Shown here in pieces: positions 47,374 to 59,900 of a stretch of 64,000 nt of DNA. The notes beneath the pieces were generated by a model. It saw only the letters and a program-made list of their open reading frames with translations, was not told the DNA's origin and did not search any database. The DNA comes from Takakia lepidozioides (lineage: Eukaryota > Plantae > Bryophyta): contig CM060732.1 in the NCBI GenBank assembly GCA_030704615.1, positions 1,860,001 to 1,924,000 of the forward strand, written 5' to 3'. The position numbers were made by a program, and so were the translations under genes. The stretch's first letter is position 1, and each line of letters begins with the position of its first letter.

Positions 47374-50300
47374 GAGGTTAGCTATTTCATGAGCATGAGC
47401 GGCATGAGCGGAGTAGCAAGACAATCGGTTTTCATGAGCAGAAGTACAAATTTCGAAAATAAAAAACATTATAAAACATTAATTTAATGCAATGTGTCAG
47501 AAAAAACAAATATATTATTTGGCACCTTGAAGGGAAAAATGTAGTTTTGAGAGTTGTGCTCATGATATTTCGTCTTCCGCTCATGCCAATTCCCAGCGAC
47601 ATGTGCAAAAATGGCGCCGAATTTCGCGGTAATAGGGTCCGTAACCGGAAAAATCCGCGACGTATTTCGCGGTAATAGGTCTCTCTGGCGAAAAATGGTG
47701 CCGAATTCCGCGGCTATCGGTCCCCTCATGACAGGTGTGTAAGCCCAAAATTTGGAAATGTGGCGCCGAATTTCGGTAAATGGTGTGCAGGGGATTGCAC
47801 AGATGTTGGGCAGTTCTGGGTCATGTAACTGGAAATTTGGCGCCATTTTTCCAGACACATCCAAACCAGTGCATGTTGGGACTTAGCCAGTTTTCGGCCC
47901 AAAATAGAGAAATTCGGCGCCATTTTTCTAGAAATGGCCCCACAACTGCTTCTGTTGGATCTCAATTTGAATGGAATATTGCCTCATTCCATGAGTTTTG
48001 GGGTGCATTTCATTACACTGCAAAAAAAAATCTGATACATGAAAATGCAATTGAAAATATCCATATGGAGGATTCCCTTTGCCCCATCAATGATTTCTGG
48101 AATCCCTAAGGAGGAGTTTGTGCAGCTCGTTCACGCTCAACGCCGATGCGTTGAGCGTGAACGAGCTGCACAAACTCCTCCTTAGTCTTCGTCTCACTGG
48201 ACGGGTATGAACATCTCATTCCAAATGTTGGCCTCTTCGAAGCAATGGCGTGTCCCGAAGGCCCTCTCGCAAGGCCGCCCGAGGAGGGAACTCAAAGAAG
48301 ATATTATCGTCGACGTCTGCGGGAAGGCATGTAACCGATTTAATTGCGAACTTGCTGTAGTCCAGCCCGGCCAGCTCCGAGCAGTGTCCCTCCATGAGAA
48401 GCCCTCGCAGAATTTCAAGAATGGATCGAATTGCGGTGCTCGTGCTGGGAATATGACTCCCTCGTCCACTGACGTCCATTGAGGACTTGCCTGATCTCCA
48501 GGACGATCTCGGAACTTCCATGACCTCGTCTGAGTCGGACAGGTTGTGAACAACCCGGTTCTCACTCGTCTTCATTGATGGGTTCGGCTCTGGATTTACT
48601 TCGTTGCGGACTTCTCTCTTTGAGGTACCCACACTCTGATTCGCGGATTGTTTCGTGGAAGGCGCCAGGATAGAAGGTGCATTTGGCGGGCAAATGAAGT
48701 CCCCAACAGCCCTGTATATGACGTTGTCCGATGGTGGAACTCGTCATTCCCTGCCATCGCCGAAATCATCGTGGAGCACAACAATACTCTCGACAACAAC
48801 GTCGTATGAGTCCTTCTTTTCCTCCTCCAAAAAAACCGACCCCGGTTTCAGGTGGTATCGAACGCACAGATATTTCTCCATCACACGGCAGATGTCCCAT
48901 CTGCACGGAAATGAAGCTCTATGCTCGTGAGGAGGGCAGTACACTGTAGCGCTCGGGTTTTCCGCCATGGGAGATGTGCACACAAGACAGCCAGGATGGC
49001 GTGCGGGCAAGCTCCCTGGTAGAAGGGGGATGCAGTGATGGGAAGGAATGCGGTGCCGATTTGTCCGTGCGACGAAGCCTGATCCAAATCCAAGGAGCCA
49101 ACTATCTCAAAAATCCACAGTAAGAGTGTTAATGAACCTTGTCTCCGGAATGCGGCCCCTGGTCTTTGCGCAATAACTGCCAACGGTATGCAGTCAGAAA
49201 GTGGGGGGCCATCCGGATGATGTCAGCTGAAGGGGAGAAGCCGGCACCGGGCCGTCACATTACTACCCCCGGATGGAAATTCGGCACCGAATATCCAACA
49301 GGGGCCGCCCAGTTGAAGTCGCCTCGGGCAGAGAGGCCGGCACCTGTCCGACAGAGAACATCCCCCGGATGGAAATTCAGAGCCGAATTTCCATCCGGGC
49401 CCCCAAAGGAAGTCATGTCGGGGAGTTAGGCCGAAAACTGGCCGACATAAAAACCTCCCCGGATGGAAAAACGGCACCGAATTTCCATCCGGGGCCATTC
49501 GGATGCAGTCGGTCCGGGGGGAGAGGCCGGCACCTGGCCGTCACATTACAACCCCCGGACGGAAAATTGGCACCGAATATCCAACAGGGGACGCCCGGAT
49601 GGAAATTCGGCGCCGAATTTCCGTCCGGGCCCCCCCAAAGGAAGTCCTGTCGGCGGGTCAGGCCGAAAACTGGCCGACATAAAAACCTCCCCGAATGGAA
49701 AAACAGCGCCGAATTTCCATCCAGGGCCGTTCGGATGCAGTCGGCTCGGGGGGACAGGTCGGCACCTGGCCGTTACATTACAACCCCCGGACGGAAATTC
49801 GGCACCGAATATCCAACAGGGGACGCCCGGATGAAGTCGCCTCGGGCGGAGAGGCCGGCACCTGTCCGACAGAGAGCATCTCCCGGATGGAAATTCGGCG
49901 CCGAATATCCATCCGGGCCCCCACAAAGGAAGTCTTGTCGGGGGGTCAGGCCGAAAAGTGGCCGACATAAAAACCTCCCCGGATGGAAAAACGGCACCGA
50001 ATTTCCATCCGGGGCCGTTCGGATGCAGTCGGCTCGGGGGGAGAGGGCGGCACCTGGCCGTCAAATTACAACCCCCGGACGGAAATTCGGCACCGAATAT
50101 CCAACAGAGGACGCCCGGATGAAGTCGCTTCGGGCGGGGAGGCCAGCACCTGTCCGACAGAGAGCATCCCCCGGATGGAAATTCAGCGCCGAATTTCCAT
50201 CCGGGCCCCCCCACAGAAAGTCGTGTCAGGGGATCTGGCTGAAAACAGGCCGACATAAAAACCTCCCAGGATGGAAAAACGGCGCCGAATTTCCGTCCGG

Positions 50301-51950
50301 GGCCGTTCGGATTCCCCCCTAGCAGTCAAGAATTCCGTGAAAAACGTGTCTGAAAGTGGACTTCAGCCAAAAAACTAAAGGTTTAGTGTCTTTTTAGACC
50401 AAAAACCTAGCGGCCACGCTCAGAATTACCTGCAGGATGGTAATTCGGCGTCAAATTTCCATCCAGCAGCGATCCAAGGTACCTGCTGGATGGAAATTCG
50501 GCGCCGGATTTCCGTCCATCCGGGATCCAAATTACCTGCAGGATGGAAATTCGGCACCGGATTTCCATCCATCCGCTCTCCGAATTACCTGCAAGACGGA
50601 AATTCGGCGCTCCGAGTTACCTGCAAGATGGAAATTCGGCGCCGGATTTCCATCCGGCTGCGCTCCGACTTAGCTGGCGGATGGAAATCCGGCGCCGGAT
50701 TTCCATCCATCCGCCCTCCGAATTACCTGCCTGATGGAAATTCGGCGCTCCGAGTTACCTACAGGATGGAAATTCGGCGCCGGATTTCCATCCGGCCGCG
50801 CTCCGACTTAGCTGGCGGATGGAAATCCGGCGCCGGATTTCCATCCATCCGCCCTTCGTATTACCTGCATGACGGAAATTTGGCGAGCCGACTTAGCTGG
50901 CGGATGGAAATCCGGCGCCGGATTTCCATCCATCCGCTCTTCGAATTACCTGCATGACGGAAATTTGCAGTGCCGACTTACTTGGAGGATGGAAATCCGG
51001 CGCTGGATTTCCATCCATCCGCGCTCCGAATTACCTGCATGATGCAAATTTTGCGCGCCGACCACCTGGCGGATGGAAATCCGGCGCCGGATTTCCATCC
51101 ATCCGCTCTTCGAATTACCTGCATGACGGAAATTTTGCGCGCCGACTTAGCTGGCGGATGGAAATCCGGCGCCGGATTTCCATCCATCCGCTCTTTGAAT
51201 TACCTGCATGACGGAAATTTTGTACCTGGCGGATGGAAATCATGCGCCGGATTTCCATCCATCCGCTCACAAGTAACCTGCATGACAGAAATTTGCAGCG
51301 ACGACTTACCTGGAGGATGGAAATCCGGCACCGGATTTCCATCCATCCGCTCTTCGAATTACCTACATGACGGAAATTTTGCGCGCCGACTTACCTAGCG
51401 GATGGAAATCCGGCACCGGATTTCCATCCATCCGCTCTTCGAATTACCTGCATGACTGGAAAAATGGCGCCGAATTTCCGATTTTGGTGCTAGTCAGATC
51501 TAGGACTTAGCCATTTTCGGCCCCGAACTGGAAAAATGGCGCCGAAAAAAAAAACAAAAAAAACAAAACGCCATTTTACCAGTTCGGGGCCGAAAATGGC
51601 TAAGTCCCAGATCTGACTGGCACCAAAATCGGAAATTCGGCGCCATTTTTCCAGTTCTGGGCCCAGTCAGATCTGGGACTTAGCCATTTTCGGCCCCGAA
51701 AATGGCTAAGTCCCTAGGGTGGCTGGAACCGCAACTGGAAATTCGGCACCATTTTTCCAGTTCCGGGCCCAGTCAGATCTGGGACTTAGCCATTTTCGGC
51801 CCCGAAAATGGCTAAGTCCCTAGGGTGGCTGGAACCGCAACCGGAAATTCGGCGCCATTTTTCCAGTTCCGCGCCCTGTCAGATCTAGGACTCAGCCATT
51901 TTTGGCCCCGAACTGGAAAAATTGCGCCATTTTTCCAGTTCGGGGCCGAA
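47374..51950 (-). mobile_element. MULE copy C, internally deleted derivative with one TIR
   Basis: TIR GAGGTTAGCTATTTCATGAG at 47374. Transposase remnants at 48090-48970 with two deletions. Repeat arrays at 49270-51950. No cargo exons. Confidence 0.9.
49270..51950. repeat. Palindrome arrays of copy C
   Basis: ~288-bp units (49695, 49983); ~78-bp units at 50800-51460; CTAAGTCCC/GGGACTTAG units at 51460-51950. All carry GGAAAT(T/C)CGGCGCCG. Confidence 0.9.
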
Positions 51951-51959
51951 AACCCGAGA

Positions 51960-53130
51960 AGAATCCCCAACCTCATCCATCACAGCCGCCTTGGCTGCCA
52001 ACTCCCTCTGAACCTCGAGCACCTCCCACGTGTGCCATGGATGTCTACACCCCGTGGTCCTCACCGGCTCGCCCCCACTCACTGCCTGTACCGTCTCGGT
52101 AGGCAGAGAGACCGTCAAGGGAAGTGCACTCCGCACTCTACGTTGCTCAGCCATAGCCAAGCTGATAATCCAGGTCAAGCAATTGAGATCCATCACTTGC
52201 CCCAACACCTGACGACGTGATGCCTCAGAAAGAGACGGCACCGCCGTGGTCCCAGTGGAAAACCCCATAGCCCGCTCTCGCTCATCGGCATTAGTTTCCA
52301 CTAACTGCTGCAACTGAGCATCCCACAAGAGGCCAGGTCCACTATCCCGGAAAGCATGTTGGGAAGCTGAGCAGTGTAGGTAGTGCTGCTCGTGGTTGAC
52401 CCACCTTGTTGACCACTGCCAAGGGCGAACGGTCGTCGTGTCTCACACGCTGAGACTGCCTCCCTGTGTCCAAGATGCTATCCACTGTGAGGTGTGTTGG
52501 CCGCTGCACCCCATCAAATGCACACTTGAGCAGTGCGGGTGGCATCAAGTTAGTCCACCATAGCCATGGACGATGAGCCCGTGACCCCACTACAGCTGCA
52601 TCTAGCAACACTGCTGACCCAAGCCACGACCGGACTTGATGCACACTGGCCATCACCCTGGCCCGAGAATCGCCCATCAGTGGCACATTCTCCAAGATGT
52701 ATGCTGGAGATACAGCTTGATGAAGCTGTAAGTGGCGCAAAAACTGCACCATCTCCCAAACCAGACCCGACCTCGATTCTCGCAATCCATTGCCATGCCC
52801 GGCTGATGAATGCCATTGGCAGGGCCAACCTGCCACTACCAAATCAATGGAGCCAACCCGCTCCAAATCTTGTGCCCCCAGCAACGAAATGTCTGCTGGC
52901 AAGGCCTGCTGATATCCACAAACTGCAGACACCGGCAACAACTCAGGGTACTGCTGCACCAACTAAGCAACATGACGGAGTGAGACGTATCGTGCAGTCT
53001 CATCCCTCTCCACATACAAGTAACGTCGTACCCGTACACTTGCCTGTAGCACAGCAGCCAATCCAGTGCTGATCCCGCCAAACAAGTCTAGAAAGCAAAT
53101 GTCTTCATCCGGACACTGCCACATGATCGA
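51960..53130 (-). pseudogene. C5 cytosine DNA methyltransferase domain (DNMT3/Dcm-like) embedded in retrotransposon pol
   Basis: Motifs in canonical order: I FLDLFGGI, II YVERD, IV DLVVAGWPCQ, VI YILENV, VIII SRAHRP, IX ERERAMGF, X RRQVLGQVMD. It has an in-frame stop at ~52963 and a frameshift near 52350. Confidence 0.92.
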
Positions 53131-53349
53131 TGTGGTATCCAATGGTGACAATTGAGGTGGTCTTGGTGCAATCCCCGCACTGTTCAACTCTCCTGACGGT
53201 ACAAAAGCCTCTACCCAGGCTTGTTGCACCCGACAATCAGCAACCCGCTGCAAATCCTTGCTCGAGCCCCACAATGGAGTGTGAGCAACCATGGCAGACA
53301 ACTCCGCCATACCTGCTCTTGAGGGAGGAGACTTAGGAGGCATGGGATT

Positions 53350-54736
53350 CATGTGCGGGGCAGCACTACCACTAGTGAGGGGTGCCCTACCACTATGGGT
53401 GGGGCACCACTACCACTAGTGAGGCACCACTACCACTACCACTACCACTGTGGGTGGGGCACCACTACCACTGGTGTCGAGCAGCACTACCACTACCACT
53501 ATGAGCGGGGCAGCACCACCACTAGTGCAAGTGGAATCAGCTGCGGCAGTGACTCAAGGAGCGGCACGAGTTCCTGAGCCACGGGGTGTGGAGGTGGAGT
53601 TGGAACCACAGCGTGGGGAGGCAGGCCGTCAGGCCAGGCTTCCTCAGTCATTCACATTGGCGGAGACAGTGTCGACGCCATCCATGACACCTAGTTCTTG
53701 CCCGACTGTTACCGAGGCGGAGAATACTATGTCATTGGGGAGAGCTACACGGGCAGCACCACTACCTAGTGTTGCCAAGGCTACGACAGCTAGTGTGCTG
53801 CTGGGGGCGGCCACAGTTGTGTGCCAGGCTCCATTGTTCTCGGCTACCATGATTGCGACGCCGGGGGTAAGACCAGCTGAGGTGTTCAGGCTGGCACTCT
53901 GTGAGAGTGGGGAGGTTACTTCATCTTCTGCGGAGATAGTGGGGAGGTGTAGTGCCGGAGGGATCCTTGGATGTGAGGGTCAAGACTGGCACAGCGGCAC
54001 CATGGCAAGCCGCAGTTGTCAGGTTGATGGAGCTGCCAGCTAGGCCAGCCATTGAGCGCGCCATGGTGACACCTGGAGTTCTCATGTTAGACAACCAGGA
54101 TGGCATTTTCTGTTTTGAGAGGACCGGCAGGCAAGAGGTACCGGCCACTGCGAGTCTTGTTGGACTCGGGAGCTCAGCCATTGATGTTGGGCAGAGCTGC
54201 TATTGCAGGCTTGGGCCTCATGGAGGTGGATATGGAGCCGTGCCCTTTCCAGATACAGACATCTCTGGGAGGATCAGAGCAAGCTCGGGGCATGATACGG
54301 CGTGAGTTGGCTATCATACTACATCCGGATCATGCTACAGATGGCTCAGTGATGAGAGCCAAGGCCATTGTGACAGATGCGGTCTCATACGATGTCCTTG
54401 TTGGTGGGGCAGTATTGTACCCCATAGGCTTCACCCTGGATTTTTGGGAGGAGTCAGCTTCATCTAGGCCTGGATGGCTGTCAGGGGAGGGCTGGCGTGT
54501 GCAGCTCCCTGTGATGTTCATAGGAGGAGTTGCGGTTGCCCAGCGAGGCAAGATGCCGACACTGGCAACGTTCACAGCTGCAGTGAGTTGGCCTGGAGAG
54601 TTGCTTGAGGGCAACACTCATTCAGAGGATGTGTCACCTCCGGGAGAGGTGGACCATCCGGCCTTAGAGCCGGTACACCTGAGCTGTGGCCATGGTAGCG
54701 AGCCTCTACTCTAGCTGCTGAAGCCGGTTGGCCATG
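53350..54736 (+). pseudogene. Inverted segment containing the gag-PR linker and aspartic protease
   Basis: PLRVLLDSGAQPLMLG...YDVLVG lies on the plus strand while the flanking gag and DNMT are on the minus strand. CATG occurs at both breakpoints. Confidence 0.75.
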
Positions 54737-56150
54737 CCTTGGTCACCACCCTGACCTCCGCATCCTTAGCCATGTTGAGCTTGCCCTTGGCCTGCACCTC
54801 GTGCCTGGCCACCTCGTCCTCTCTGGGCTGCTCCACCTCGCCCCCGGCCACCATTGTTCCCTTGGAACTGGCCTAGGCGCAACTCAGGGTGCAAACCATA
54901 GCACTAGGCCTCTCCATGCTTGTACTTGCCACAATGCCCACACTACAACTGTGCAGGCTGTGCCGGTGCTACACCATTGCCTCCCTCTGGGCAATCCTTC
55001 TTGACATGGGGTCCTCCACATGTCCAGCACACCACATCCACCCGTTGTTGGCTAGCAAATGAAGGGAGAGACCCCTGCATCTGAGGTCCTCTCTGCCCTT
55101 CCCTGGGCTTCACCTGAGCCCCCTTGTTGCCTTGAGCACATTGAGGTAGTGGCTGGCTAGGAATACCACTACCCCGTGGTGCCTCCTTAGCAAATCCCAC
55201 CATGATCACTCGTTCCTCCACCATGTTGAGCTCTATCCGCTCTGGCAGCAAAAACACATTTGCTAAGGTGGGTTGGGCCGCTTGTAGGAGAGTTGCATCC
55301 CACACCCTTCTCCTCAGCTCCTTGTCCTATATCCCGTACCAGAACTGGACTGCCTGAGCCTCCATAACCCCTTGGGTTACATTTATCAAGCGCCTCATGC
55401 GAGTGAAAGCCTCCCTCAAACTTCAGTAGGCTTCCATTGGAACTCTTGCAAGCTCCTCAACTTATCTATCATCACCCCTTGGTAGTTCCTTCTCAACTCT
55501 TCGAAGAACTCCACAACAAGGTTGAAGGCAGGCACCACCACTGGTGCTGGTGCAGCAGTTGCTTGGGTGGATGTCGTAGTTGCTGTACCAGTAGTCCCAC
55601 TACTGCTCGTGGAAGCTACTGTTGTAGCTGCTGCTGGTGGTGCAGCTACCGGTGTGGCTGCTGCCCTTGTGCCTCTAGTGCCTTTAGTGATAGAGACATA
55701 GTCGGGTGACCAGTACATCCTCCACTCCTTGATCTCAACATCGTGCCCCCGCCTAAACTCATTGTAATCATCCATGGGCGGCCCCTCAAGGTGCTGAATC
55801 AGCCCCTTCTATGCCATGAAAGGCATAAACAGTTGTGGATTACGCATTTGCTGCAAGTCACACCAACTATCAAACTCTTGGATAAAATCATACTACTCAA
55901 TGGTGCCCACCGCCCCCGAGTACCTTCGTGGCCCCTTGGTGACTCCATACATCTCCTCCATTGTGTCCCACAACAATGGCAAGGAAACAACTTGCACCGC
56001 CGGTGTGAGTCCTTCTGATTCACAATCCGAATCAGAACCTTCCGTAGAAGACACAGGAGGTGAAGGTGGCCTAAATCGCACACCTCGTCTCGTATACCCG
56101 CTAGTATCGCTAGTGCTCGTATTGGCACTTTCCCCAGCAACTAGTGGCAC
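54737..56150 (-). pseudogene. Gag of the DNMT-bearing Gypsy element
   Basis: Zinc knuckle CWTCGGPHVKKDC; capsid-like EFFEELRRNYQG..LRSLQEF; VRVVTKA motif. Broken by stops. Confidence 0.75.
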
Positions 56151-56539
56151 CTCCGTGTTGACAAATTGACACTCAACCGGTCATGAACCTGTCTCTAATC
56201 CCCTCTCCACAAGGTAACCGGGTAGAGAACCTGATGCGGCTTATGGTTTGGAATATTAGGTTCCTAACATAGCCTGCACATGCACATGCATCCACCGCAG
56301 GCACTCCTATGGTTGGCTGGTCATCACCTCCAACCTCACCACAGGAGAAACAAAGATGGTCTGACTGGTCATCAACCCAGCCTCACCATCGACAGCATGC
56401 TCTAGGGTTGGATCGGCGATCAAGCCCGAGTCAACCACCTATAAAATCAAGCGCCCAAACCAAACTAGCATGGAGCATAATCAAGCATGCAGGTGTGGAG
56501 GGGATCCAAACACAATAATGAAAACAACAACTCCTCCCC

Positions 56540-56945
56540 ACGTCAATGCACACTGTTTGAGCCCCCCTTCTCATTGTTTTTTTCATGTTAAAATCGGCCA
56601 CAAAGGGCATCTCTATCAGGTTCAATCCACACTTACCTGGCAGCTCAAACAGTGTGCGTCAACGCACATTGTTTGAGCCCCCATTTTTCCTTGTTTTTTG
56701 GTGTGAAAATCGTGCACACAGAGCCTCTCTGTCTTGTTCAATCCACCCCTATTTTGAAGCTCAAACAGTGTGCGTCAACGCACACTGTTTGAGCCCCCCT
56801 TCTCATTGTTTTTTTCATGATAAAACCGGCCACATAGGGCGTCTCTGTCAAGTTCAATCCACACTTACCTGGCAGCTCAAACAGTGTGCGTCAACGTACA
56901 CTGTTTGAGCCCCCCTTGTCATTGTTTTTTTCATGTGAAAATTGT
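56540..56945. repeat. ~116-bp palindromic tandem array, same family as 3205-3715 in opposite orientation
   Basis: CTCAAACAGTGTGCGTCAACGCACACTGTTTGAG at ~56645, 56760 and 56876, with a partial unit at 56540. Confidence 0.88.
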
Positions 56946-59900
56946 GCACAATCATGAACTCTTTAGTCAATAGTTCAATGGTCTCATTAATGAAGTGACT
57001 TCCCTAGTCACTGATAAATTCCAAGGGACAACCAAATCGTGTAAGTATGTTCTCAGACAGGAACCTTGCTGTGGACTTGGCTGTGTTGTCCCTCAGAGCT
57101 TTAGCTTCCACCCACTTCGTAGTATAATCAGTGGCTGTAATTATATACTTGTTCTGTGTATTCTTGGCCGGTGGGTTAATTGGTCCAACAAAGTCTAGTC
57201 CCCATTTCTGAAATGGTTCAGTAGGCATCGTAGGATGCAAAGCCATCTTCCCAGATCTCTGCAAAGGTCCTAGCCTCTGACATTCATCACAACTCTGACA
57301 ATACTTGTGTACATCTTTGAACAAATTAGGCCACCAGTAACCTGCAAGTAGTATCTTCCTACTGGTAGTCTCTTCTCCAAAATGACCTCCAGCCACTCCT
57401 TTATGAACTTCCTCCAAGACTTTATTTACTTCATGGTGGTACTAGCATCGTTTAAGTACTCCATCAGGTCCTAGCTTATACATTCTGCCCCCTACCATAG
57501 TATAAGGTAAAGCCTTGATAGTGATTCTCTTCCTCTGCTCCTTACCATAACTAGGTAGGCACTGACCATGAGTAAAGTAGTATCTAATTGGCCACTGCCA
57601 ATCTAACCATTCATCTGCACTTCCTTGCACCTCCATTGCAAATAAACTCGCATCAGGTAATTGGTCGTCTACTCCTGTGGCGGGCTCTCCTGTTGTTAGG
57701 CGTGACAAATGATCTGCCACAAGATGCAAACGGCTAGGCTTGTAAACAACTTCGAACTCAAACTCGTGCAAGATTATTAACCACCTTGCTATCCTTCCAC
57801 TTATCAAAGGTTTGTTCACCAGATATATCAGAGCCTGGTGATCCACATAAACTTTCTTCCCAATAGGTAATGCCTGAATTTCTTGACTGCATAAATCATT
57901 GTCAGTGCTTCTTTTTCAGTTGTGCTACAGTTCCTTTCAGCACAGTTCATCAACCTGCTAGCATAGTACACAGGTGAATCTATATTTCCTGTAACATTTT
58001 GGGCTAACACCGCTCCCAACGCTTCTCGTGAGGCATCACAGTGAACATGAAATACTACCATGCCAGTGAGGGTTAATCAGCACAGGTGTAGTTGTTACTG
58101 ACAATGTAAGTTCCTCAAAAGCCTGTTGACATTCAGCTGTCCATGCAAACACTGCATCTTTCTTCAGAAGCTTGCTCAATGGTGCTGCTATCTGTGCATA
58201 CCTTTTGACAAATCTTCTGTAATAACTTGTTTGTCCAAGGAATCTCCTTAGACTCTTAACATTTACTGGTGGTGGAGAGGCTTTAATGGCCTCTGTCTTC
58301 CTAGGATCCACAAGAAGTCCCCTCTTACACACAATGTGTCCCAAAAGCACCCCTGAGTTCACACAGAAAGTACACTTCTCCGGATTCAGGCCCAGACCTC
58401 TCATCCTGCATCTGGCCAAACATAACTCTAATTTATGCAAGTGCTCATTCTTAGAGTTGTACACACTGAAATCATCCAAGAACACCTGCATGAAATCATC
58501 GAGATACTCATGAAAAGATTCATTTATCACTCTCTGAAAGGTTGCTGGTGCATTACAAAGTCCAAAAGGCATGACTTTGTATGCATAAGCACCCCAGTCT
58601 GTGATGAAAGTTGTCTTTCCCTGGTCTTCTTCTGCCACTTACACTTGATTATAACCACTGAAGCCATCCATGAATGAGTACATCTCATGGCCTGCCACAG
58701 TGTCCAATACCGCTTCTATGAATGGCAAAGGGAAAGGATCTTTCTTCGTGCAAGCATTCAACTTCTTGTAGTTCACACAAACTCTTAGTTTACCATTCTT
58801 CTTGGGAACTATCACAATGGGTGACAACCAAGTTGTATACTCTATCGGGTATATAAACTTAGCCTCAGCCAACTTCTTGATCTCTTCTCCAACCTTCTGT
58901 GCATAGTTGGGATTCATTATGTACCTTGCCTGCTTGATTGGTACTAACCCTGGTTCCAGTTCAATCTTATGCTGACAGATCTCAGGTGATATCCCTTTTA
59001 GATCCTTGTAGCTCCAAGCAAATACATCTCTGTATTTGATGAACAAACTCTTAGCTTCCTCAAAGAATTTTGGCTCCAAATCAGCCCCTACCTTCACCAT
59101 CCTCGGTTCCTCTTCAGTTCCCACATTCACTTCTGTCACCTGCTCATCAGCTGTGATTGTCCAACCAGTCACCACTTCATCCTGTAAACTCACAGTGGCT
59201 GGTTCCTCTAGGATTTCCATTTCTCCTTCTCTATCTTCATAGAAATGTGGTGGGTAACTGCTTGTTTCACCTTCAATTGGTGTTGTTGTCACCACACCAC
59301 AGCAGATACCTTTTAAACAACTTAGGCCTTCCAACTACATCTCTGCAACCTGCTCCCACTCTGGGTGTGCAGCGAACAGGGTAGCTTCTTGCTCCTCATC
59401 CAGTCCTCCTCTCCAGTCATACTCTCTGACCCTTCAAGGTCTTCTCGTAGCAGGTAATCTACTAGATTTCTTAGTGGTAATTTGTATCTCGTGCATCCCA
59501 TTATGCACGGTTAGTAACTGAGAATTCCAGTCATGGAATACCCTGGCCTGTTTCAGCCACGGACGTCCCAATAATAAGGAGTAAGCCTCCATGACTTCAT
59601 CAATCTTCAACACAGTTACTGTGATCATAAAGATCATCTTTTGTATTTGTATCTTAACTCTTCTTATCAATCCCAATGGCTGTACACTCCTTTGATCTGC
59701 CATTGTTACTGTAATTGGGGCTGGTTTCATGTTACTTAGACCAAGCTTCTTTCTTAATTGGTCTGTCATGATATTTACTCCAGAGCCTCCATCTATCAGT
59801 ACATCAGTTAGTTCTATGCTTCCAATTCTCAATCGGATTACTGGCATAGAATCATCAAAGTCCATGACTGTTTCTCGCCCTTCCGGCTTCACATTATAAC

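Larger units (their letters stand above)
45482..56200 (-). mobile_element. Degenerate Ty3/Gypsy element encoding a C5 DNA methyltransferase (gag-PR-DNMT-RT-RH-IN); interrupted by MULE copy C
   Basis: Domain order along the minus strand: gag 56150-54740, protease (locally inverted), DNMT 53130-51960, RT-RH-IN 47372-45482. LTRs were not identified. Confidence 0.78.

Noticed and set aside
56170-56540. 5' LTR or PBS of the DNMT-Gypsy element
   Set aside because: No convincing PBS, TG...CA boundary or second copy was found.
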